A program made the translations under genes and the position numbers. Source: an uncultured Nitrososphaeraceae archaeon (GTDB lineage Archaea > Thermoproteota > Nitrososphaeria > Nitrososphaerales > Nitrososphaeraceae). Taken from it: a stretch of DNA of 64,000 nucleotides. Numbering within the stretch: position 1 is the stretch's first letter; each line of letters opens with the position of its first letter. Positions 55,371 to 64,000 of this stretch are shown here, piece after piece. The stretch is taken from positions 64,001 through 128,000 of the forward strand of contig CAVXZB010000088.1 in the NCBI GenBank assembly GCA_963765895.1. The letters run 5' to 3'. The notes under the pieces are model-generated. The model ran no database searches. It was given only the letters and a program-made list of their open reading frames with translations, and was not told the DNA's origin.

Positions 55371-56189
55371 CTAGTTGTTTGAACCATAAATTTCGCGCAA
55401 TGGCGTTACATAAGAACTGCAATCAGAATCAAGTCGTTTTTGAAACAGGTTTGTAAGCAAATGCAAGATCCTATGCGAAGCTATCATAGCATCTACTTTT
55501 TCTCTCATACTGATAGCATTAGTTTCAATTATGATATAATCAGACATCAATCTCAAGTTTACCATGAATGGTGCGGATATATTGGTTGTATTGCGGACTG
55601 GACCAGATTGAATTCCATTTTCGACACTAACCCATTGAAGTATGTATAATGATCCGTCATTTAACAGACCCGCCCATCTAAGTTTATCAAACCACTTACC
55701 AACCAAATTTTCTGCTATCTCGCTAGTCTTTATCCTTATAGGAATGTATGTCTGGAGTAGGGGAGAGTACTTTCTTTGAATGTTCGTATTGATATTTTCC
55801 TTTAAGAAGTGATGATTAGACGTCATCGATTTCCCGTCCTTGGTTAGTCTAAATCCAGATGTGGACCTTTCAATTAAACCCAAATCTTCCAGTCTATCCA
55901 AAGCTCTGGCTAGGCTCTGTTGGTGGATATTAAGGCTTCTCATTAGGCCTCTAAATGAGTAATTAGAACCAGATTCCTTGCTAAAAAAAGAAAGAATTCT
56001 ATTGTCATTCTGCCGTAGATCCCTAGTGGAGATCGTTTCGGTATCGTTAATTAATAGTTGATAGGCCCGGTTTTGATTAGAAATTGTGTTCTCGTGGGAG
56101 TGTTGAGAATCACCAATGACAACACCATCCATATTAGTGGTATTTGCAGGTCCAGTCTTCTCGTTATCTATGAATAAGTCACTCTCCAA
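55371..56189 (-). CDS. Winged-helix domain protein with a C-terminal domain of unknown function
   Basis: YSFRGLMRSLNIHQQSLARALDRLEDLGLIER..SGFRLT. Confidence 0.8.
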   Translation of the reverse strand: MESDLFIDNEKTGPANTTNMDGVVIGDSQHSHENTISNQNRAYQLLINDTETISTRDLRQNDNRILSFFSKESGSNYSFRGLMRSLNIHQQSLARALDRLEDLGLIERSTSGFRLTKDGKSMTSNHHFLKENINTNIQRKYSPLLQTYIPIRIKTSEIAENLVGKWFDKLRWAGLLNDGSLYILQWVSVENGIQSGPVRNTTNISAPFMVNLRLMSDYIIIETNAISMREKVDAMIASHRILHLLTNLFQKRLDSDCSSYVTPLREIYGSNN

Positions 56190-56604
56190 TATTGACTATT
56201 ACTAATAATGATAAATCAGGATATAAATCGTTATCAACTATCAACAATGTCTTTTCTACCTTCCTTGTCATATTATCTTATTTCCACACTAACAGATATT
56301 GACCACTATGAACGCTATCTAGTCACAGAACGCCACAACTCAGCATATCCTATGCTTTTAACCGACTCATAACTTATAGTCATATGGCCTAGAATGTTCG
56401 ATCAACAAAGGTTGATCTCCCATAAACTAATCTATGATAATCACTCAAATTACGTGATAGACTTCTCTGTAAACCTGTGGGTTTAAGGCCTAGGGATCGC
56501 TGCCAATCAAACAGCTTGTCTTTTAATATACAATCTATTTACTCTGAGATAAAATTTCATTTTTACTAGGCTAACGAAATGCATTTAACTATCTAAGTCG
56601 GATT

Positions 56605-58749
56605 TTGTTTGATTATATGTCATTAACTGAATCGCAAAATATTTTTCTCTCCCCTCGATCCATCGCGGTTATAGGTGCTTCAGAGAAACCTGGTGTTGGG
56701 AAGGCTATATTTTCAAATATTGTCAATGGATATAAAGGAAAAATCTATCCGATCACGCCTTCCAGTGATTTTATTTCTGGCCTCAAGGCATACAAAAGTG
56801 TCTTGGAAGTGCCCGACCAAATCGACCTAGCAGTGGTCGCTACTCCTAATAAAATAGTACCCAAGGTAATGGAAGAAGTAGGCAAGAAAAAGATTAAAGG
56901 AGCAATAGTAGTTTCGGCGGGGTTCAAAGAAGTTGATAAGAACGGGGCCCAATTAGAAGAAGAGATTGGTATCATTGGTAAGAATTACGGAGTAAGAATC
57001 ATCGGACCCAATTGCCTTGGAATAATGAGTCTATCACACCGAAATATGATGAATGCAACCTTCTTAAAAATAACTCCACAATATGGTAATATTGCACTTG
57101 TCTCTCAAAGTGGTGCAATTTGCGCTGCCACAGTAGAAGATGCAATAGCACAGAATATTGGTTTTTCCAAAGTAATTAGTATGGGTAATAAGGTTGATAT
57201 GGACGAAAATGATATTCTTGAACTCCTAGCATACGATAAGGAAACTAGAGTGATAGTAATGTATCTCGAAGACATCCATGATGGCCGAAGATTTATGCAA
57301 ATTACAAAGAAAGTTACAAGAGAAATGAAGAAGCCTATCATAATATTAAAATCAGGAAGAACACCCGAGGGAGCAAAAGCTGCGATGTCACACACAGGTG
57401 CGCTAATGGGAAGCGATGAGACTTTTGACGCCCTATTCATGCAATGCGGAATCGTCAGGGTAGATACAATGCAAGAATTATTCGAGCTTGCTACTGTATT
57501 TTCAAAACAACCCGTGCCTAAGTCTAATTCTGGAATTGCAATCGTGTCTAATGCAGGCGGCCCAGCCATTATTTCGACTGATGCCTGCTCTAAATATGGC
57601 CTAAAAATGGCCGATTTATCTGGATCAAGGGATACAATAAACAAGATAATACCACCTCATGGTTCATCAAGGAATCCAGTAGATATAGTCGGAGATGCAG
57701 ATTCTGGTCGATTTGAAAAGGTCATTCTTGAAGTATTGTCCAATAATAATGTTGGATCTGTAGTTACTATGTGCACCCCTTCGGCAACATTGAATTATGA
57801 CGATCTCGCTAGAACAATAGTAAAGACATCTAGAACAAATGGAACAGGCAAGACCATGGTTGCTGCACTTATGGGATTAGCTGAGGGGCTTGGAAATAAA
57901 CAAATATTATCTGATGGTGATATTCCGCATTTTATGTACGCCGAGCCAGCTATTAGAACTCTCAATGCTATGTATGCTTTTAGAGAATGGATTGAAAGAT
58001 CGTCTGATGAACCGAAACAATTCAACGTCGACAAATCCAAAGTTAGACAAGTGTTTGACGAAGTCAGGGCCCAGTCTAGGACTACTTTGTTAGAGGAAGA
58101 GGGATATAAAGTCCTTGAAGCCTATGGATTTTCCATACCGAAAAAACACCTGGCACAAAATGAAGAAGAATGCACAAGAGCGGTTCAAGAGATTGGCTAT
58201 CCGGTAGTAATGAAGATAGCTTCTCCAGAAATCATTCATAAATCCGATGCGGGTGGAGTTAAAATTGGTCTAAAAAATGAAGATGAGGTAAGACAAGCAT
58301 TCAGGACAATCATTAGTAATGCCAAAAAATACAAGCAAGACGCGAAGATTGATGGCATACTTGTACAAGAAATGATAAAATCGGGTAAGGAGACAATCTT
58401 GGGTGCTAAATTTGATCCAATCCTGGGTCCGCTAATTATGTTTGGGCTTGGCGGAATTTATGTTGAGGTTCTAAAGGACGTAGTCTTTAGACTTGCTCCT
58501 CTAGATGAAAGAGAAGCTACAAGAATGATTGAATCAGTAAAGACTATTAATTTGCTCAAAGGTGTTAGGGGAGAAAAACCACATGATCTTGGTGCCATAA
58601 GGGAATCCCTACAACGGCTATCTCAACTAATTACAGATTTTCAAGAAATTGAAGAACTCGATGTGAATCCATTACTAGTATTAGAAGACGGTAAAGGAGT
58701 ACGTGCTATAGATATCAGAATAAGCCTAAAAAAAAATAGTAATGGGTAG
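56605..58749 (+). CDS. ADP-forming acyl-CoA ligase, most likely thaumarchaeal 4-hydroxybutyrate-CoA ligase (HP/HB cycle)
   Basis: SPRSIAVIGAS, GPNCLG, SQSGAICAA, AAMSHTGALMGSDE, MCTPSATLNYD, HKSDAGGV; closely resembles N. maritimus Nmar_0206 as recalled. Confidence 0.88.
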   Translation: MFDYMSLTESQNIFLSPRSIAVIGASEKPGVGKAIFSNIVNGYKGKIYPITPSSDFISGLKAYKSVLEVPDQIDLAVVATPNKIVPKVMEEVGKKKIKGAIVVSAGFKEVDKNGAQLEEEIGIIGKNYGVRIIGPNCLGIMSLSHRNMMNATFLKITPQYGNIALVSQSGAICAATVEDAIAQNIGFSKVISMGNKVDMDENDILELLAYDKETRVIVMYLEDIHDGRRFMQITKKVTREMKKPIIILKSGRTPEGAKAAMSHTGALMGSDETFDALFMQCGIVRVDTMQELFELATVFSKQPVPKSNSGIAIVSNAGGPAIISTDACSKYGLKMADLSGSRDTINKIIPPHGSSRNPVDIVGDADSGRFEKVILEVLSNNNVGSVVTMCTPSATLNYDDLARTIVKTSRTNGTGKTMVAALMGLAEGLGNKQILSDGDIPHFMYAEPAIRTLNAMYAFREWIERSSDEPKQFNVDKSKVRQVFDEVRAQSRTTLLEEEGYKVLEAYGFSIPKKHLAQNEEECTRAVQEIGYPVVMKIASPEIIHKSDAGGVKIGLKNEDEVRQAFRTIISNAKKYKQDAKIDGILVQEMIKSGKETILGAKFDPILGPLIMFGLGGIYVEVLKDVVFRLAPLDEREATRMIESVKTINLLKGVRGEKPHDLGAIRESLQRLSQLITDFQEIEELDVNPLLVLEDGKGVRAIDIRISLKKNSNG

Positions 58750-59146
58750 TATCGAAAGATTAAGTTACTTCAATTTCATTATCCTTGTTTTAATCACAGC
58801 ATATTCGGCTGCTCCATGATTTTATATAATATGTCTTTTCATTGCATCTTATTTTCGATGTCACTATCGCACTCGAATGTGCTAGGTATAGTGCTTTTAG
58901 CTTGACTACTCTCCATAATCTTAAATTAGGATATACAGTGCTCGCTTGATTGTATTCATCTTATCAGGCAGCAGAAAAAGTATCTTTTCATTACACGAAT
59001 TGAATGATAGGGCATCCATAATATATCTAAATCCACTTAAGCCGTTACTGAATTCGGAGTTCTGACAAGTAACTCAATTTGGCTGATAGAATACAAGAAA
59101 AAGTACAGACAAAAGGAATGGGTAAAACGTATTGGCTGTTACCTGA

Positions 59147-60855
59147 TTAATCCATATCCATACCGCCCATACCGCCCATACCGCCCATACCGCCCATACC
59201 GCCCATACCGCCCATACCGCCACCTGGAGGTCCAGCGGGCATCTTGGATTTGCTTGCAGCGATTACGTCATCAATTCTGAGGATCATACAAGCCGCTTCC
59301 GTAGCAGACTTCACGATCTGTTCCTTTATAGCTAGTGGCTCTAGAACATTTTGTTTAAACATATCAGTAACAGTAGTAGTTCTTACATTTACACCGGTCC
59401 ATTTTGCACCCTTGTTTTGCTTAGCTTTTACTTCAGCCATCGTATCAATTGGATCCATGCCTGCGTTCTCTGCTAGAGCAAGTGGGATTGCATCAAGAGC
59501 ATCAGCATACTTTTGTACCGCTAGCTGAGCACGCCCTTCCATATTACTTGCCCACTGTCTCAATTCGTTACTAACATATACTTCAGGAGCTCCACCCCCT
59601 GCGACGATCACAGGCTTCTCAAGAACATCTTTCATTACATACAGAGCATCATGTACAGACCGATCCGCTTCGTCTACTACCCTCTGGGAGCCGCCCCGTA
59701 CAAGTATAGTAACTGCCTTGGGATTTTTGCAACCTTCTATAAATACCCATTTATCAGTTTCGACCTTGCGTTCTTCTACGAGATCGGCTGATCCAAGATC
59801 CCTGTCTACTAGATCGTCAATATTGTTAACGATCCTGGCACCGGTAGCCTTCGCTAGCTTGAACATATCACTTTCCTTTATACGTCTGGCTGCAAGAATA
59901 CCGTTCTTCGCTAGATAATGCTGCGCTATATCGTCGATTCCTTTCTGACACAAGACTACATTTGCGCCTGCTCCTGCTATCTTATCGACCATTGCTTTTA
60001 GCATTTTGTTCTCTTCTTCTAGAAACATTTGCATTTGCTCGGCTCACTTATGCGTATCTCAGCACTCATTTCAGTTTTCTCAATTTCAAGGGGAGAATTG
60101 AGTAAGGCAATCTTGGCTCTTTCAACTCTCTTTGGCATGCTTGTATGAACGACTTCCTTGTCAAGTACAATGCCCCTTATTAGCTGAGTATCATGCATAG
60201 ATCCTCCAGCCTTTTTTTCGACTTTGATATTATCCAAATCTACCTTAAATCCATCCTTGTCGTCAATCTTTTCAGCAATTTGTTTTGTAGCATTGACAAC
60301 AATCTCACTTAGAACTGGGCTATCTTCTGATACCAATTTAGAGTCCATGCTAGTTCTTGCAATCTTTATCAATAGCTCCTTGTCGTTTGTATCAACTTTA
60401 ACTCCAATCTTTTGTAGTAATTTCAATGCCTGATCAGCGGCCGAGTTATACCCATCTACAATCACGGATGGATGAACATCTTGGGCTGTCAATTCCTCGG
60501 CTTTTTCTAACAGAGCGGCTGCAAAAACTACGGAAGATGTTGTTCCATCTCCGACTTCATTATCTACAGACTTGGCGACTTCTACCATCATTTTGCCGGC
60601 TGGATGCTGGACATCAATTTCTTTCAGAATGGTTGCACCATCATTCGTAATAGTTACATCTCCCAATGAATCAACAAGCATCTTATCCATACCTCTTGGA
60701 CCTAAACTAGTCTTTACAATATCTCCGATGATTTTAGCTGCGGTGATATTATTCTTTTGTGCGTCCCTTCCCTTATTTTCCCTAGTACCCTCTTTTAGGA
60801 TAATTACTGGCATTCCACCAGCTGTAGTTTGAACTGCTGACACTCTCATTTTCAC
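59147..60855 (-). CDS. ths: Thermosome (group II chaperonin) subunit, one frameshift near 60040
   Basis: [39 protein letters not shown] tail. Confidence 0.96.
59158..59220. repeat. Perfect tandem repeat (CCATACCGC)x7 encoding (GGM)7
   Basis: Read directly from sequence. Confidence 0.95.
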
Positions 60856-60878
60856 CTAATAGAATAATACAGGAGTTA

Positions 60879-61319
60879 TCAAGCCTCTTTTATAGTTTTA
60901 CCAAATGATCGTAGCATCATTTTGGATTTTTTTGAATCAAATTTGGATTTAAACTTAGGTATATTGATTATGAACCTTTGATGTTTTCCTGATCCTATCT
61001 TTTCCAGATCATCAGATGCCTCGACATCAAACGTGATCCGTCTACCATCTACTGAATATATCTTAGACCTGATCAGAACTTCGAAACCTATTGGTGTAGC
61101 TGCTAAATGTACAACGTTTACAAGAGTCCCGACTGAATCCCATTCCGCATTATTTAGGAATTGCTCCTTTAATAGGAGCCTACAAGTTTCTTCCATTTCT
61201 GCAATCATAGAAGGTGTAGACAAGACATTTTCTCCGTCCCAAAGAAACGATGTAGTTTGGTTTGAATTTGTTCTAACTCTCCTTTCCAGCCAAGCCCCAA
61301 CCTTGACTTCTTGAATCAT
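60879..61319 (-). CDS. FlK-like hot-dog thioesterase
   Basis: VLSTPSMIAEME, SVGT.VNV.HLAATPIG, G.H.RFII. Confidence 0.9.
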   Translation of the reverse strand: MIQEVKVGAWLERRVRTNSNQTTSFLWDGENVLSTPSMIAEMEETCRLLLKEQFLNNAEWDSVGTLVNVVHLAATPIGFEVLIRSKIYSVDGRRITFDVEASDDLEKIGSGKHQRFIINIPKFKSKFDSKKSKMMLRSFGKTIKEA

Positions 61320-61582
61320 CTTTTTATTTAGAACAAACTCAGTCTTAGACTTTGCGACTACGGATTTAATCCGCCAAAATTGTGAGTATAAACACTAAGA
61401 TATCACCAGTTCAATACTAAATCTAGATAATTTAATTTGCATTTATTAGGTAATTCATTTAGGAATATAGAAATTAATTAGATAATCTGCAATATTATCT
61501 AATCATAAACCCTCATTATTATAAGATCTCCGTACCAAAATATAATGCCAAAGTGAAAAAGAAAAAATTTTGGGAATTCACT

Positions 61583-61717
61583 TTACTTGGCCCGCCGTGC
61601 AGCAGATGCAATAACATAGGCGAGACCCACAGCCAGTCCGAAGGTCAATGGAATCCATACACCAAAGCTATCAACACTGAAAGGCACTATTTGCTGTAAC
61701 ATACTTTCGAATACCAT
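61583..61717 (-). CDS. 44-aa single-TM membrane microprotein (not in ORF track)
   Basis: MVFESMLQQIVPFSVDSFGVWIPLTFGLAVGLAYVIASAARRAK; T-rich tract after the stop on the coding strand. Confidence 0.65.
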   Translation of the reverse strand: MVFESMLQQIVPFSVDSFGVWIPLTFGLAVGLAYVIASAARRAK

Positions 61718-61911
61718 TATTCATGAAATAGAGCATTTAGTATATTAGATTTACTCAAAGGCCTGAGATTAGTACTACGGTGATTAATCTGCAGATACTT
61801 TATTTCTTTTCTAAAACACTTGGAAATTGCAATGAGTTGTGTCGGCAATAAATTTTACTTCAAGTGTCAGCGACGTTGTCCTTAAATTACGGCTAATCAG
61901 ACAGTATATAT

Positions 61912-62191
61912 ATGAAAATGAAAAAGGAGTTAAATAAATTTTGTCCTAAATGTAAGAAATTTACAGTTCAAGCTGTTGCAATTTATAAAAAGGGTAAAGA
62001 TAGAAAAATGGCAGAAGGTGCGCGAAGACATGCAGAAGATAAAAAGGGTTATGGTGGACAAAAATTTCCAGAACTAAAACTGTACTGCGAAGACATCAAA
62101 GAAAATTACATTGCGTTATACTTGTAAGAGCTGTCAAAGAAAAACAATGAAGAATGGCATGAGAATACGCAAGTTGGAAATCCTTTCATAG
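61912..62191 (+). CDS. rpl44e: 50S ribosomal protein L44e (frameshift near 62080)
   Basis: CPKC...YKKGKDR...GYGGQKFP; second frame AKTSKKITLRYTCKSC...RIRKLEI. Confidence 0.93.
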
Positions 62192-62203
62192 GTGTAATGA
62201 AAT

Positions 62204-62401
62204 ATGCGTAGGAATAATATCATGGTTCCAAAACCACATAGCAATTTTCTCTCAGTTCAGTGTTCAAACTGCGAAGAAAAGGTGGTTATTTTTAACTATA
62301 GTACAACGGATATTGAATGCAAGGCCTGTGGTCAATTAGTTGCAAAAAAAACTGGCGGCAAAGCCAAGATTATGGGAAAAGTTTTGTCAGTGCTTGATTA
62401 G
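62204..62401 (+). CDS. rps27e: 30S ribosomal protein S27e
   Basis: PKPHSNFLSVQCSNC...CKACG...TGGKAKI. Confidence 0.96.
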   Translation: MRRNNIMVPKPHSNFLSVQCSNCEEKVVIFNYSTTDIECKACGQLVAKKTGGKAKIMGKVLSVLD

Positions 62402-63024
62402 TCCTTATGACATAACGACTCTGCAAGTTCAAGATCTTTCATTGTATTTACATTAACCGCAATTTCTTTTTTATCCATTAGTACATAGGATTCCGACAAT
62501 CTTTGGTTCATATCTTTGACTCCTAGAGAATCAATAATTGTGATTCCAGAATGACAATAGTATATGTTATCTTTACATATTATTACACTTGGCTTGATAC
62601 CTATGTTTTCTACAAACCTCTTTCGTAAAATCACGGAAATGCACGGGGCATCCCAAGCGCAGTTGTCAATTATTTTCTTTATTATTTTTGCGTTGATAAA
62701 TGGAAGATCTGCCCCTAAGAGGAATAATTTGGAAGGCTTAAAATACTCGACAAGTTGCATCAAATCAAGCGAATAACCCAAACCGAGCGATTCAATAACC
62801 TCTATCTTATCAAAATTACGATAAATATTACGTACAAATTTGCTTGTCATGGGGGTGTTGCGACTGGGCACTATCACTACTTTATCAAATATCGTGCAGG
62901 ACGCCAAAGCGCTTACGACATACTCTATCAAGGTCTTCTCTCGTATCATCTGTAGAGGTTTCTCAATCACTGTAGAATCTACCATACGAGAACCTTTTCC
63001 TCCACACATTACCACCGCAATCAT
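62398..63024 (-). CDS. cobY: Adenosylcobinamide-phosphate guanylyltransferase (CobY-like NTP transferase)
   Basis: MCGGKGSRM...EKPL, ADLP, NVNT..DL; downstream of cobS. Confidence 0.85.
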   Translation of the reverse strand: MIAVVMCGGKGSRMVDSTVIEKPLQMIREKTLIEYVVSALASCTIFDKVVIVPSRNTPMTSKFVRNIYRNFDKIEVIESLGLGYSLDLMQLVEYFKPSKLFLLGADLPFINAKIIKKIIDNCAWDAPCISVILRKRFVENIGIKPSVIICKDNIYYCHSGITIIDSLGVKDMNQRLSESYVLMDKKEIAVNVNTMKDLELAESLCHKD

Positions 63025-63038
63025 ACTGACCTACTCCA

Positions 63039-63798
63039 CTAGATTGTTGCGATGCATGACAGGACAATTAGAGATGAAAGTCTAACAAGCTCGTTTGAAG
63101 CACCAAGAACGTCGCCGGATATTCCTCCGAAGCTTCTATTAGATTGGTATCCAATAATGGCAGCAATAACAACAGATATGCCTAGAGCTGCAAGGCTCCA
63201 ATACCCCCCAAATAAAAATATTATTGTAAGAGTCATAAATGTGGCAAGCAGAAATTTTCTCTTGTTCTTCATTGCACGTGTAAATGGCGAACTAAACCCG
63301 TCCCACGCAGACGATCCACAGTATGCGTGCAAGACCATTGTATATTTAGCAAGTACCTCTGCTACAACAATGCTAGTGAACAGTCGTATTGAATGATACA
63401 GGCTAGATAGCGTAATCACCATTCCCAGAATATACAAAATTAATGCAATAGCACCTGCAGAGCCGATTGCAGGATCGCGCATTGCCCTTTGTTTAACTTC
63501 AATCGGGCCCTTTGGCCAACCCATCAGCAAAATCGGCAAGTGCATCGGTATGGCTAGCGCCAGTTATAATAATAATACAAGTGCTTATTATTAGGCCTAC
63601 GAGCTGAGATTGAAGATAAAAAGAAATTTCGTATGCCAGACATCCGATGACTATACCAATAACTGCACCCACTAATGGGAATAGATACATATTACTTGCG
63701 ATGTAGTTCAAATCCAACATTTTTGTAGCCTCAGCTTTATGGTAAGAAGGAATAACAGTTAGGAAAGAAATTACAGCTCGCAAGGAGTTAAGGACCAA
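63039..63798 (-). CDS. cobS: Cobalamin synthase (frameshift near 63505)
   Basis: SFLTVIP, FPLVGAVIG, TGASHTDALADFADG, MRDPAIGSAG, GGISGDVLGA..E. Confidence 0.92.
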
Positions 63799-64000
63799 AT
63801 AACAAATTCCACCATCCAAGAGTAAAGAGTACACTTATTAACGGAATAAAAATGAGAAAACAAGATAGGATCGCCGTTAATTTCATTATTGTAATTGCAC
63901 ATTTACACTTCTCGATCGATAGAGGATCATAAGGTTCACCCACAGAGTAGTGGCCGATCTTTTCAAGTTTTACGCGTAAGGAGCCAGCCATAGTAGAAAT
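63788..64000 (-). CDS. cbiB: Cobalamin biosynthesis protein CbiB, C-terminal part (5' end outside the window)
   Basis: MAGSLRVKLEKIGHYSVG plus terminal TM; directly upstream of cobS. Confidence 0.8.
   Translation of the reverse strand: MSTMAGSLRVKLEKIGHYSVGEPYDPLSIEKCKCAITIMKLTAILSCFLIFIPLISVLFTLGWWNLLFGP

Noticed and set aside
59147-60855. Programmed frameshift or split thermosome
   Set aside because: No slippery heptamer at the junction, and similar single indels occur in many unrelated essential genes, so sequencing error is more likely

Overview
AT-rich chromosomal window from an ammonia-oxidising archaeon. The lineage is most consistent with a soil-type Nitrososphaeraceae, inferred from a thaumarchaeal ADP-forming 4-hydroxybutyrate-CoA ligase, aMBF1, NAC, a TFEbeta/RPC34-like protein, SmAP3-like Lsm, archaeosine TGT, rpl15e/rpl44e/rps27e and a thermosome subunit. 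It carries housekeeping genes, sulfate assimilation genes (sat, cysH), late cobalamin genes (cbiB-cobS-cobY, pduO), an orphan beta-class DNA methyltransferase and three decayed IS5-family elements. Several essential genes are split by single indels, which suggests long-read consensus error. No CRISPR array, rRNA or intact tRNA was seen. Best leads: (1) a SelD-like protein that appears to have lost its catalytic residues, near sat-cysH; (2) a solo Cas4-like Fe-S protein with K-x-E in place of E-x-K; (3) two inverted IS relics about 17 kb apart that share a 102/105-nt patch containing the same nonsense codon in the YREK motif; (4) a truncated NDP-sugar dehydrogenase carrying microsatellite-encoded inserts; (5) several small or frameshifted genes missing from the ORF track. 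All family calls come from motif recognition by eye, without database searches.
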